Of a stretch of DNA of 64,000 bases, positions 19,655 through 28,916 are shown piece by piece. Origin of the DNA: a virus; IMG/VR virus record IMGVR_UViG_3300036785_000296, positions 10,005-74,004 of that record. One strand, written 5' to 3'. The notes beneath the pieces were generated by a model, which was not told where the DNA came from, did not search any database, and worked only from the letters and a program-made list of their open reading frames with translations. Within the stretch, counting starts at the first letter, position 1. Each line of letters begins with the position of its first letter. The position numbers and the translations under genes are program-made.

Positions 19655-19779
19655 TCCCGCCGAAGACCATCCCGCCCCCCACCTATAGGATGGTCGACCC
19701 CCGCGCGGGCTCTGGTCGGCACGGTCCCTCCCCCCTCACAATCCCCAGGAGGGGCCGTGTCGATTAGCCAGGAGACACC

Positions 19780-19989
19780 ATGACCGATCCCGTCATCATC
19801 GCCGCCGCCGCCGTGCTGCTGATCCCGCAACTCGCGCCGGGCATCGATCCCATCGACTGCCAGCAGCCGCCAGCCCACCCGACCACCGTCCAGCACGCCA
19901 ACCCGCGCGCCCTGGCCGCCGCCCGGCCCAAGGGCAACCACATCAGCGTCCGCTGGAAGGGCTCGCACCATCATCATCATCATCGATGA
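19780..19989 (+). CDS. Small protein with hydrophobic N-terminus and His5 tail
   Basis: AGGAGA RBS; ATGA overlap with next gene. Confidence 0.5.
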   Translation: MTDPVIIAAAAVLLIPQLAPGIDPIDCQQPPAHPTTVQHANPRALAAARPKGNHISVRWKGSHHHHHHR

Positions 19990-20192
19990 GCGATGACCGC
20001 GACGCGCTGCGCTGGATCGCGGCGCTGCCGCTGGTCAGCGAGTTCAAGCCCCCGCAGATCAAGAGCATGCACCAGTTCATGGCGGGCTGGCACGCCTACG
20101 AGCTAGCGGTGAAGGTGGCGCGCGCGGCGCTGGAGGAAGACCAAGCCGACGCCGATCAGGCCCAGGCTACATCGGACCCTGGATCGCGGTGA
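19986..20192 (+). CDS. Hypothetical protein
   Basis: ATGA overlap. Confidence 0.5.
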   Translation: MSDDRDALRWIAALPLVSEFKPPQIKSMHQFMAGWHAYELAVKVARAALEEDQADADQAQATSDPGSR

Positions 20193-23100
20193 CCAACCAG
20201 ACGCCCGCCGTCCCGGTCTTGGAGCCCAGCCACTTCATCCGCACGCTGGTGATCTGGTTCTGGCTCCCGAGCGTCAGCGTCGGAGTCGGCGCTCTGATCG
20301 GCGCGTTGCCGCCGGTCGCGGACACGCCCCAGGTGATCGTGTAGGGCGTCGCCGTCCACTGCTCGAAGACGATGTCGAGGTCTAGCTCCAGATTGGCGGG
20401 GAGCTGCGGCAGGTTCAGCGTCGCGCTGACCGTCACGTAGAAGTAGAGCGACTTCGTCCCGCCGATCCCTGAGTAGCTGTTGCCCACCGACACCGTGAAC
20501 GGGTTGGCGTTCAGGTTCTGGGCAGTGGGCGCGATGGAGGGCCCCGGCCCGGTCGGCAGCAGCCGCCGATGCGCCACCGGCTGGCTGTCGCGCGAGAAGA
20601 CGCTGGTCGGCGTGAGCAGCGTGCTCGGCTGATCCTCGCTGTCCATCGGCCCCATGCGCGAGGCTCGACCCAAAGGTATCTGGCCGCCCTGGAACTGCTT
20701 GACGCCCAACATCGCGTCGAAGTCGATGGGTATCCAGGCGACGCCGCCGCCCGCGCCCCCAGGCCCGCCGTCCCAGATCGGCTGGCCCCAGTAGCCGGTG
20801 AGGTCGCTCGCGGTGGTCCCCGAGGCGACCGGCTTGCCGTCGTAGGGATGCACGAGGCTGAAGGCGTTCGTGGACGACATCAGCACCGCGCCGGTGTTCG
20901 GGCCGGTGAACATCCAGTCGTAGCCACTGTTCGGCGCGTCGTTGAGCTGCCACGTCGAGCCGGTCTGCCCGGCCGTGCCCGAGAGCAGCGCGACGAGCTG
21001 CGTGCCCGCAGGCACCGTGCCGTTCTGGCCGATCAGGTAGTCGCCAGGGTGCGGCGCGGCGCCCTGGTTGCCATTGGTGACGGTCAGCACGTTGCCGGTG
21101 ATCGAGCCGCCGAACTGCGCCGACTGCGGATAAACCTGCGGCGCATCCACCGTGTAGCCGCCCGCGCCACCGGCCGGGCCGCTGGTCTGCCCGCTGACCC
21201 TGGTGCTGACGCCCGGCGCGGCGCTGATCGCCTGTCCCACCCGGAGCGGCTGCGTCGGCGTCGTGGTGACCGTCAGCGTCGTGCCGAGGATCGAGCCGTT
21301 GAAGTTGCCGCCGAGGCTGACCGCACCGATCTTGCCGATCAGCGCGCCGATGTCGCCCTGCGGCTTCTGGACCCTGAACCGCTGCGCGCCGCAGACGACC
21401 GCGTAGGCGCCGACCGGGGGGAGCGTGTTCCCGGCGATCCAGTTGCTGCCCTGCTTGACGCTCCAGCCGTAGCCGGGGCTCCCCCTCAGAGTGGACGAGG
21501 TGCGGCCGAAGTTGGCCAGCGGCACGCCAATCCAGTTGATCGGCGCGGTCCCCGTCTGGCTCTGGATTTTGAACGCGGTCGCATAGGTCGGCCAACTGGC
21601 GGCCTTTGCCACCAGGGTGACTGTGTTCGTGGTGCTCGACGCGATGCCGTTCCACTGCGTGTAGCCGTTGGAGCCGTAGCGCATCGCGATGGCCCAGCCC
21701 GCCCAGGCGTTCGCGGGCCAGTTGGGCTGCGCCGTCAGCGCCGCGCCGTCCGCCACGACGACGCCCGCTGCGCCCGCCAGGGTGTAGCTGCCCGCTTGGC
21801 CGCCGGTCCCGTAGGCGAAGCCGCTGACGGTCACGCCGCCCGGCACGCCCGCCCCGCCGATCACGTCGCCGATGTTGAGCTGCCCGCCGTTGGCCCCCAT
21901 CGCATCCACGGTCAGCACCCCGCCCGAGATGGCGCCCGTGAACGGCGTCGAGAAGGTGATCACCGTCTGGGTGGCGGCGTCGAGCTGTCCGAGGGTCCAG
22001 TCGGGTCCGCTGTCGTCCACAGCCATGACGAGGGCGAAGTTGTTGCCCCCCGCCAGGAGGCTGTAGCCCAGGTTCTGGTGCTGCGCGTTGGCGTTGCCAG
22101 CGACCGGATAGCTCCCGAAGCCCGCGTTCTGCGCCATCGTGTAGGCGTGCAGCTCCGTCGCGGAGTTGATGTCGATGGCCGCGACGATGCTCTCCGAGCG
22201 CGTGCCGACCGAGTAGCTGTTCTCGGTGCCGACCTCGGTCGAGTAGATGTCGGCCCCGTCCATCGTGATCTGGTTGACCTGGGGATAGGCGTAGAAGTTG
22301 TAGGGGTTCGCCTCGAAGAGCGTATTGACGGTTGAGAAGCAGCCCGCCCCGCCGTTGTAGATGCTCCGGCCAGGGCAAGCGGTGAAGTTGCCGCCGATGA
22401 ACAGGTTGGCGATGGCGTTGGGCCCGCCGTTCCAGACCCCGTGCAGCGTCGAGGCGACGAAGAGGTTGATGAAGACCTGGGTGTCGGTCTGCGCCGCGCC
22501 GCCAGCCTTCGCGAGCGCCACGCCGCCGTAGCTGCTCGGCCCGATCCCGCCGATGAACCAGTCGCGGAAGCTGTTCGCCTGGGGCGCAAGGCCGGTCACG
22601 AACGGCTTCTGGTTCGGATTGTAATCGACGCTGACGAGCCAGTCGGTGCAGCCGGTGCTGGCGTCGCTGATGGAGAGGTTGTCGACGCTGCTGTAGGAGA
22701 TCGCGTTGAGGAGGACCGCCTGCCCGGCGGTGTTCCACAGCGAGGACGCGATCTGCTGGGCGCCCATGTTGCCGTGCCAGCGGATGACGCTCGACAGCCG
22801 ATGCTCGAAGACGAGGTCGAGCCCGACCCCGACGCAGGCGAGCTGCTGGTTGGTGTCCATGTAGCCGTTCGGACACCAGCCCGCCCGGTTCAGCGAATAC
22901 TGGCCACCCTGCTTGTTCCAGAACGCGCCGCCGACCACGTTCATCTGCTCGCTGGGCACATCCTGCGCGCAGACGCCGACGATCCAGTTGCCGACAGCGC
23001 CGGGGCCGGTCGAGGCCGCCAGGATGTAGCACCCCGGCAGGATCACGCCGAAGGGCGCCACGCCGCCGGGGGGCGCAGCGATCAGATCGCCGATCTGCAA

Positions 23101-24162
23101 GGCGCCCGAGTAGACTTGGTTCACCACCAAGAGCGCGCCGTTGGGGTTGGTGATGTAGCAGTGGAACTGACAGCCGGACGGCGTTGCGGTGCAGGGCTGG
23201 CCCCCCGTCCCCGGATCGGTGCCCAGCGAGCCGGTGCCCTGCGGAATGCCGACGCCGTAGTGGACGCCGTCGCCGTAGTCGTAGCAGACGATGGTCCCCG
23301 CCGCGATGTTGTTGCCCGCGATCTGCTGGCCGACCACGAGGCTGTGCGGCCCGCTGATCCAGGCCGAGACAGTCAGGATCGCCGAGGCGATGGCGCCCTG
23401 GAAGACGGCCGGCGGCGAGGAGCGCGCGGCGGCGCAGGCGTAAATCCACTCCTGAAGGCAGACGTAGTCCCAGTAGGTGCCGGGCGGGTACATGCCGCTG
23501 CCGTCCGGCAGGCCGACCCACTGCGGGTTGTTGATCACGTCGGTCGCGGTGATCGCCGCCGCCGAGCCGTCGCCCAGGAAGCCGCTGGGCCTTGAGTAGA
23601 ACCACTGGGCGTTCACGCGGCTCTCGACCAGCCTCGACCAGGGCTTGCCGCTGGCGTCGTGGATGCAAGTTCCGCCGTCGTCGCGCTGACCTGTCGAGCC
23701 GGGCGCGAACGTGCCGCCCAGCAGCGGGTGGCTCAGCGTGATGAGGTTCGCGGTCGGCCCGAACGTGGTCCCCCGGATCGCCGCGTAGCTGGTCACCGTC
23801 GCCGCGCTGCCGGACGCACCCCCGGCGCCGGCGCCGCCCGAGCTGACCCGCCACGTCGCCGCCGTGCCGGTGGGGTTGCTCACGACCAAGCAGCTCAGCG
23901 CGGCGTACTGGACAGGCGTCGTGAACGCGCCCTGCGGGCTGACCATGTTGGCGCCCTGCGCGGTGATCTGCCCGGTCCCCATCTGGAGCAGCTCGACCTC
24001 GAAGCCCGGCGGCAGGTTCGGCGGCAGCGTGACGACGACCGGCGCGTTCGCGGTGAAGCCGAGGACGGCGTGGTTGTCCTTCGGCTGGACCGTGTAGCTG
24101 GTCGCGGCGATCTGCTGGATCAGCGTGACAGGCTGGTTGGCCTTCAGCGTCAGGCGGTCCAT
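20167..24162 (-). CDS. Long tail fibre/tailspike receptor-binding protein (1331 aa)
   Basis: Last gene of tail operon; Gly-rich; repeated F.G(A/S)I.G..LTV modules; central possible beta-helix region. Confidence 0.8.
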   Translation of the reverse strand: MDRLTLKANQPVTLIQQIAATSYTVQPKDNHAVLGFTANAPVVVTLPPNLPPGFEVELLQMGTGQITAQGANMVSPQGAFTTPVQYAALSCLVVSNPTGTAATWRVSSGGAGAGGASGSAATVTSYAAIRGTTFGPTANLITLSHPLLGGTFAPGSTGQRDDGGTCIHDASGKPWSRLVESRVNAQWFYSRPSGFLGDGSAAAITATDVINNPQWVGLPDGSGMYPPGTYWDYVCLQEWIYACAAARSSPPAVFQGAIASAILTVSAWISGPHSLVVGQQIAGNNIAAGTIVCYDYGDGVHYGVGIPQGTGSLGTDPGTGGQPCTATPSGCQFHCYITNPNGALLVVNQVYSGALQIGDLIAAPPGGVAPFGVILPGCYILAASTGPGAVGNWIVGVCAQDVPSEQMNVVGGAFWNKQGGQYSLNRAGWCPNGYMDTNQQLACVGVGLDLVFEHRLSSVIRWHGNMGAQQIASSLWNTAGQAVLLNAISYSSVDNLSISDASTGCTDWLVSVDYNPNQKPFVTGLAPQANSFRDWFIGGIGPSSYGGVALAKAGGAAQTDTQVFINLFVASTLHGVWNGGPNAIANLFIGGNFTACPGRSIYNGGAGCFSTVNTLFEANPYNFYAYPQVNQITMDGADIYSTEVGTENSYSVGTRSESIVAAIDINSATELHAYTMAQNAGFGSYPVAGNANAQHQNLGYSLLAGGNNFALVMAVDDSGPDWTLGQLDAATQTVITFSTPFTGAISGGVLTVDAMGANGGQLNIGDVIGGAGVPGGVTVSGFAYGTGGQAGSYTLAGAAGVVVADGAALTAQPNWPANAWAGWAIAMRYGSNGYTQWNGIASSTTNTVTLVAKAASWPTYATAFKIQSQTGTAPINWIGVPLANFGRTSSTLRGSPGYGWSVKQGSNWIAGNTLPPVGAYAVVCGAQRFRVQKPQGDIGALIGKIGAVSLGGNFNGSILGTTLTVTTTPTQPLRVGQAISAAPGVSTRVSGQTSGPAGGAGGYTVDAPQVYPQSAQFGGSITGNVLTVTNGNQGAAPHPGDYLIGQNGTVPAGTQLVALLSGTAGQTGSTWQLNDAPNSGYDWMFTGPNTGAVLMSSTNAFSLVHPYDGKPVASGTTASDLTGYWGQPIWDGGPGGAGGGVAWIPIDFDAMLGVKQFQGGQIPLGRASRMGPMDSEDQPSTLLTPTSVFSRDSQPVAHRRLLPTGPGPSIAPTAQNLNANPFTVSVGNSYSGIGGTKSLYFYVTVSATLNLPQLPANLELDLDIVFEQWTATPYTITWGVSATGGNAPIRAPTPTLTLGSQNQITSVRMKWLGSKTGTAGVWLVTAIQGPM

Positions 24163-24172
24163 GACGGGCTCC

Positions 24173-24619
24173 TCAGACGATGTTCCACTGGCCTTCGGCG
24201 CGGACGATCCTGAAGCGGTCGAGCGCCACGTTGCAGAGCAGCGTGGTGTCGGTCAGGACGCCGCCGACCATCGGCTCGCCGTTCTGGGTGACGATGCTCG
24301 CCGCGTTGGTGGGCGGCACGGTGTCGGTGTGGATTTCCACCGCGTCGCCGTCGTTCACGCTGTCCAGCAGCGGCAGCGTCAGCACGTAGCCGCCGCCGTG
24401 GACGTTCAGGAAGTAGGCCGAGCCGACCTCAAGCGCCTGGGCGGCGCTGATCACCACAAAGCCGAGGATGTCCGCCATCGTGTAGCGGGTCGCCGGGTAG
24501 CCGGGCCGCGTGGCCAGCAGCCCGGTCGGCTGGCCCATCGAGCGCGGGACCAGGGCGTAGTCGCTCAGCTCGCGGCCGACGACCGTGCGGGGCGCGGGAA
24601 GCGCGGCTCTACCTGCCAT
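24173..24619 (-). CDS. Tail-fibre-associated structural protein
   Basis: Position; Y.LTLP......GD.VEI fibre-type motif. Confidence 0.6.
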   Translation of the reverse strand: MAGRAALPAPRTVVGRELSDYALVPRSMGQPTGLLATRPGYPATRYTMADILGFVVISAAQALEVGSAYFLNVHGGGYVLTLPLLDSVNDGDAVEIHTDTVPPTNAASIVTQNGEPMVGGVLTDTTLLCNVALDRFRIVRAEGQWNIV

Positions 24620-24620
24620 C

Positions 24621-25535
24621 TCAGCCCACCTTCTCGAAGAGCACGTCCACGTAGACCTCCGGCTCGCCCGAGCCCATCGACACGTTGGTGCCGGGGACCG
24701 ACCCGGTGGCGTTCGTCACGTAGCTGTCGACCTCGACCGACGAGGTGGCGGCCAGCACGAAGACGCCCTGCGCGAACGCCTGTAGCACGCACTCGTTGGT
24801 GCCGCCGACCGACCAAGCGTTGTTCAGGCCGACCGCCACCGTCGCGCCAGCGGTCATGTTCCGCACCCTGATCTTGTGCGACCACGCGACCGTGCCCGCC
24901 GCGCACTGGAGGACCGCCATCGCGCTCACCTTGTAGCGGCCCGCCGGCAGCGAGACTTGGTTCCCGGCGACCGACGCGCCCGCGATGTTGTTGGCCGCGT
25001 CGGCGTAGTTGAGCACGCGGGTGCCCCAGGCGGCCGGCGCGATGCTCTCGGCGCCGCCCTGGTTCTGGAAGTGCGCCTGGGTCGGGATGACGACGCCCAT
25101 CGCCGCCAGCAACTGGGCGTAGGTCGCGTCGACAGGCGGCCCCGCCACGAGCGCGGACTTGACCGTGCCCGCCGGCATGTTGGCCAGCCTGGAGTTGGGG
25201 ATGCTGGTCGCGCCCCCGGCGATGGCGTTGGTCAGGTCGGTGACGAAGGTCGCCAGCGACATGGAGCCGTCGTCCATCACGTTGACGCCGCTGTTGGCGA
25301 CGAACTGCGCGAGGCCCGCAGCGATGAACGCGCCCTGGTGGACAGCGCGGTTGTAGATCAGCGGATCGGCGACACCGGCGACCACGCCGTTGGCGGTGCG
25401 CGCGTCGCCCAGGTAGGTGGCGATTGCCGTCATGTTGGTCTGGAGCGACGGCACCCACGGGACGAACTGGTTGGCGCCGGCGGCCAGCGCCTCGACGTCG
25501 CCCTCTTGGAGCACCGGAGCTTCTGCGTCGGCCAT
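24621..25535 (-). CDS. Proximal tail fibre/baseplate-attached protein
   Basis: GVADP..YN.A..Q..FIAAGLAQF motif typical of the gene after DUF2612. Confidence 0.7.
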   Translation of the reverse strand: MADAEAPVLQEGDVEALAAGANQFVPWVPSLQTNMTAIATYLGDARTANGVVAGVADPLIYNRAVHQGAFIAAGLAQFVANSGVNVMDDGSMSLATFVTDLTNAIAGGATSIPNSRLANMPAGTVKSALVAGPPVDATYAQLLAAMGVVIPTQAHFQNQGGAESIAPAAWGTRVLNYADAANNIAGASVAGNQVSLPAGRYKVSAMAVLQCAAGTVAWSHKIRVRNMTAGATVAVGLNNAWSVGGTNECVLQAFAQGVFVLAATSSVEVDSYVTNATGSVPGTNVSMGSGEPEVYVDVLFEKVG

Positions 25536-25546
25536 TGGATGCTCCT

Positions 25547-26221
25547 TCAGTAGCTCGCGAGCGGCTCAGTCCAGTTGCCCGTGCCCCAGCCGCCGAACTG
25601 GGCCGCTGGCGTCGGACTGTCCCAGGCGAAGATCACCGGCGGCGCCTGATTGTAGATGTTCAGCCTGACGCCCGCTGGCTTGATGTTCACGTAGTTCTCG
25701 GTGATCAGCGACTTCTGCACCGGCGTCAGGCTGGGCGGGATGTAGAGGCTCATCGACATATCGCCGCCGTCCGAGATGTAGAACGTGGCCCCAGGCGCGA
25801 GCGCGGCCAGGATCGCATAGGCGCCGCTGATCGAGCCGTCCCAGTGGTTCGCCAGGATCGTCGCCTTCAGGTAGGCCCGGTAGTCGGCGTCGGAGAGCGC
25901 GTTGAGCGTCGAGCCCGACTCGTAGGGTCCGAACCAGTAGCCGTGGCCCCAGCCGTGCGCCGCATCGCCGCCCCAGGTGAACCAGTCCACGGCGGCTGGG
26001 ACCTTCAGGTAGCGGCTCGCGCCGACCCACTGCCCGACGATGTCGAGCTGCTGGCCGACCGCCACGTCGAGGTCGAACAGGCCGGGCATGTCGCACTGCT
26101 CTTCGATGATCTCGGCGATGGGCTCGATGATCGCCAGGAGCGACGCCATGAAGTTGGGCTTGTCGCTATGTTCTGAAGTGACAAGTCCGGTGTAGGCGTC
26201 GGTGGGCGGCACGTCGGTCAT
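25547..26221 (-). CDS. Baseplate wedge protein (DUF2612)
   Basis: FDLDVAVGQQLDIVGQWVG.SR, LSD..YR..LKA.I..NHWDG, KPAGV. Confidence 0.88.
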   Translation of the reverse strand: MTDVPPTDAYTGLVTSEHSDKPNFMASLLAIIEPIAEIIEEQCDMPGLFDLDVAVGQQLDIVGQWVGASRYLKVPAAVDWFTWGGDAAHGWGHGYWFGPYESGSTLNALSDADYRAYLKATILANHWDGSISGAYAILAALAPGATFYISDGGDMSMSLYIPPSLTPVQKSLITENYVNIKPAGVRLNIYNQAPPVIFAWDSPTPAAQFGGWGTGNWTEPLASY

Positions 26222-27417
26222 GTGACCAGCGTCAGCGTGATGTTCGCCACCGGCAGGGCGGCCTGCTGGTTCCAGGCGATGGGCACGTCGGCCGTCGCCA
26301 GCGGCTGGCCAGCGAGCGCGATGGTGAGCTGATCGGCCTCGATGGTGTAGGTCCCGCCGCCCTGCGCGTTGGGAAGCCGCGCGGCGGCGAGGAGGTCGAG
26401 CAGGTAGACGTCGCCGCCGACCGGCAGGCCCGCCACCCAGGCCGACATCGCGTTCTGCACCGCTGTCCCGGTCGAGTTCAGGTAGCCCGCGAGCGGCTTG
26501 ACGTTGACGGCGGCGATCAGCGTCGCGCCCGGCTGCGCCCGGCTGAAGTTGATCGTATCAGAGACGCCGTTCTGATCGGTCACCACCACCTGGGTGGTCC
26601 CGAAGGTGCCGGTCCCCAGCTTGTTCGTCGCGATGGCGTTGGCGATGTCGGTGTCGAGCCCGCCCGCCACCACGAACGCCACGCTGTGGCCGGGGATGCC
26701 GTTCGCGTCCGGCCCCGAGGTGTCGTTCTCGTAGCCCTGGACTTCGGTGACGCCCGAGACGTTGGCGACCGCCGCCCACATCGCCTCGAACGGCGTCTGC
26801 GCCGCCAGCGAGGTCGAGACCGCCTGCCGCTGCCGGAGCTGCGCGTCGCTCTCCACGGGGGCGCCGACCGTCGCGGCGGCGGCGTTGGTCACCGACGCCC
26901 AGCCCTGCGTCGGCGTGACGATCCCTGTGACGGTGCCCGGCCCGGCGATGATCGGCCCAGGCTGGAGCGCCGTCGCGGTGACCGTGATCGAGCCGCCGAC
27001 CGGGATATTGACCGTCGCGGGCAGCGCCCACTGGTCGCCCTGCGGCACGCTCTGCACGACGCCGTTGACGATGGTCGTCGGGTTGCCGAACAGCGTCACG
27101 TCCACGGTCGAGTGCGAGGACCCCTGCCGCGTCAGGCCGTTGATCTTGACGTTCGAGCTTAAGCCCGCACCCACCCCCGTGGCCGGGCTGAAGCTGTTGT
27201 AGACCGCGATGGCCGAGCTGTTGGCGTCGTTGATCGCGGCGGCGAACACCGCCAGGAGCTGCCCGTCCTGGCTGTCCGGTTGGAGGTAGGCGTCCGGCCC
27301 GTAGATGTTCTGGTAGCTCGCCACCAGCGAGGCAAGCACGTCGTCGTAGGTCGGGGCGCTGATCCCGGTCGGGGTGACCTGGGCGGCCAGCGTCGGGAGC
27401 GGGTAGGGACCCGGCAT
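26218..27417 (-). CDS. Baseplate J/gp47-like protein
   Basis: DSQDGQ, NGL.R, ESDAQLRQRQ, YENDT...DANGIP.HS. Confidence 0.9.
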   Translation of the reverse strand: MPGPYPLPTLAAQVTPTGISAPTYDDVLASLVASYQNIYGPDAYLQPDSQDGQLLAVFAAAINDANSSAIAVYNSFSPATGVGAGLSSNVKINGLTRQGSSHSTVDVTLFGNPTTIVNGVVQSVPQGDQWALPATVNIPVGGSITVTATALQPGPIIAGPGTVTGIVTPTQGWASVTNAAAATVGAPVESDAQLRQRQAVSTSLAAQTPFEAMWAAVANVSGVTEVQGYENDTSGPDANGIPGHSVAFVVAGGLDTDIANAIATNKLGTGTFGTTQVVVTDQNGVSDTINFSRAQPGATLIAAVNVKPLAGYLNSTGTAVQNAMSAWVAGLPVGGDVYLLDLLAAARLPNAQGGGTYTIEADQLTIALAGQPLATADVPIAWNQQAALPVANITLTLVT

Positions 27418-27767
27418 CAGAAGACCGTCGCCACGGTGGTCTGCCCGTAGACGGTGTTCACCAGCGCCGCCGCCAGCCAGTTGCGCGCCGAGGTGAACTG
27501 CGAGGCGTAGGCGACGAGGTCGGTGACCCCCTGCGTGCCCAGGATCACGGCCTGCGCCGCCCGATCAGCGGTGAACCGTCCGCCCTCAGTGAAGACCTGG
27601 GTCGCGTAGGTCATCCCCACCGTCTTATCGAGAAACCACTCCCCCTGCATCAGCTTGAGCCGGGTCAGGATCGCCTGCCCGACAGCGGCGGGCGAGTTGA
27701 CGAGGAAGTTCGCGTCGCCCTGGCCGAAGCTGTAGTCGCCGTTGGCGTCCAGTGCCCGGTATCTCAT
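27417..27767 (-). CDS. Baseplate wedge/sheath initiator
   Basis: MRYRALD.NGDY.FG, TRLKL..GEWFLD, TVYG. Confidence 0.8.
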   Translation of the reverse strand: MRYRALDANGDYSFGQGDANFLVNSPAAVGQAILTRLKLMQGEWFLDKTVGMTYATQVFTEGGRFTADRAAQAVILGTQGVTDLVAYASQFTSARNWLAAALVNTVYGQTTVATVF

Positions 27768-28258
27768 GCCGCCTCCCTCATCGAGCCGGGCGGGGTCCCG
27801 AGGTTGCAGAACGGGTCCGTGCCGGGGATGTTGATCGACCAGCCGTTGGCCGAGGCGAGGCTCTCAATCGCCGCCGTGGTCGCGGCAAGCTGGCCTTCGA
27901 GCGCCATGAGCTGCGCGTTGAACTTGGCGATGGGCGCGACCATCGGCAGCAGCGCCGCGTTGATGTAGTCGCTGATCCAGGTGACGATCTTGGCCAGATC
28001 GGCCGCAGGCGCGGCCAGCAGCGCCTGGAGCGGCCCCAGGAACGCGAGCTGCGAGGTGATGGTGCTCTTCAGGAGCGCGATGTCGCCGTAGGCCGCGTCG
28101 ATCAGCTTCTGAAGCTCGGGCGGGACCTGGGCGTTGGTCGAGCCGTGATAGGCGTTGATCTGCGCCTGGAGGTCGGTGAACCACTGCGTGTTCAGCGTCG
28201 GGAAGCACAGCGGCATCGAGAGCGGATCGATCTCAGGAGAGGTTGGTGATGATCCCAT
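27764..28258 (-). CDS. Hypothetical helical baseplate-region protein
   Basis: In-operon ORF with overlaps. Confidence 0.55.
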   Translation of the reverse strand: MGSSPTSPEIDPLSMPLCFPTLNTQWFTDLQAQINAYHGSTNAQVPPELQKLIDAAYGDIALLKSTITSQLAFLGPLQALLAAPAADLAKIVTWISDYINAALLPMVAPIAKFNAQLMALEGQLAATTAAIESLASANGWSINIPGTDPFCNLGTPPGSMREAA

Positions 28259-28916
28259 TCTGCACCGTCACGGTCTGGCCTGTCGGCGTGGTGAACGAGC
28301 CCGACGCCCCGTTGCCGATCATCGCGCTGGCGCCGACGCTCAGCGATCCGGTGATCGAGACCGCACCGGACTTCGGGTTGAAGGCAAGGCTCTGAGAGCC
28401 ATCCACGGAGCGCAGCTCTACTACGTCCGGGGAGGGTAGCCGACCCCCGTGGGTATTAGACGGAACGCGCGGTTGGCTGAACGGGCCAGGGATCACGAAG
28501 CCGTCCGAGAGATCGTGCATGCGGCACTCGGCAGGCGGCTGCACGCCGCCTTGCTGCCACCACCAATCGATGCCGCGCGAGGCGAAGATGACCAGCACCT
28601 CGTCGCCCGGCGTCAGCGGGAAGCTCAGTACCGCGCCGCCGCCCTGCGGGAAGACCACCGGGCAATCCATCAGCTTCGGGAAGTTGATGAAGTTGGTGAT
28701 GAAGCTGCTGACGCCCTTCTGCTTGTTGTGGAGCTTCGGGTCGTCCACCGGCTGGGTGAAGCGCGCCTGGATCGCAACCTGCACCTCACACGTCATGGCG
28801 GTCGGGTTGTAGGTGAGGATGAGCCCCGGCATGGCGGTCCACATCCGCGCCTGGAGCCCGGCCAGCGCAAGCCGGAGGTTCTCCTGGGGTTCGTTGGCGA
28901 CCTCGCGCAAGTCCAT
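28233..28916 (-). CDS. Baseplate central spike (Gp138-like)
   Basis: WTAMPG, CPVVFP.GG, PGDE.LVIF..R.ID.WW..GG, R.HDLSDGF, VTVQNGIIT C-terminus. Confidence 0.88.
   Translation of the reverse strand: MDLREVANEPQENLRLALAGLQARMWTAMPGLILTYNPTAMTCEVQVAIQARFTQPVDDPKLHNKQKGVSSFITNFINFPKLMDCPVVFPQGGGAVLSFPLTPGDEVLVIFASRGIDWWWQQGGVQPPAECRMHDLSDGFVIPGPFSQPRVPSNTHGGRLPSPDVVELRSVDGSQSLAFNPKSGAVSITGSLSVGASAMIGNGASGSFTTPTGQTVTVQNGIITNLS

Noticed and set aside
20156-23854. 1232-aa alternative-frame ORF and other long Arg/Gly/Ala-rich ORFs (e.g. 33767-35572, 40908-42929, 58768-60372)
   Set aside because: Shadow ORFs caused by high GC; they overlap well-supported genes and lack motifs
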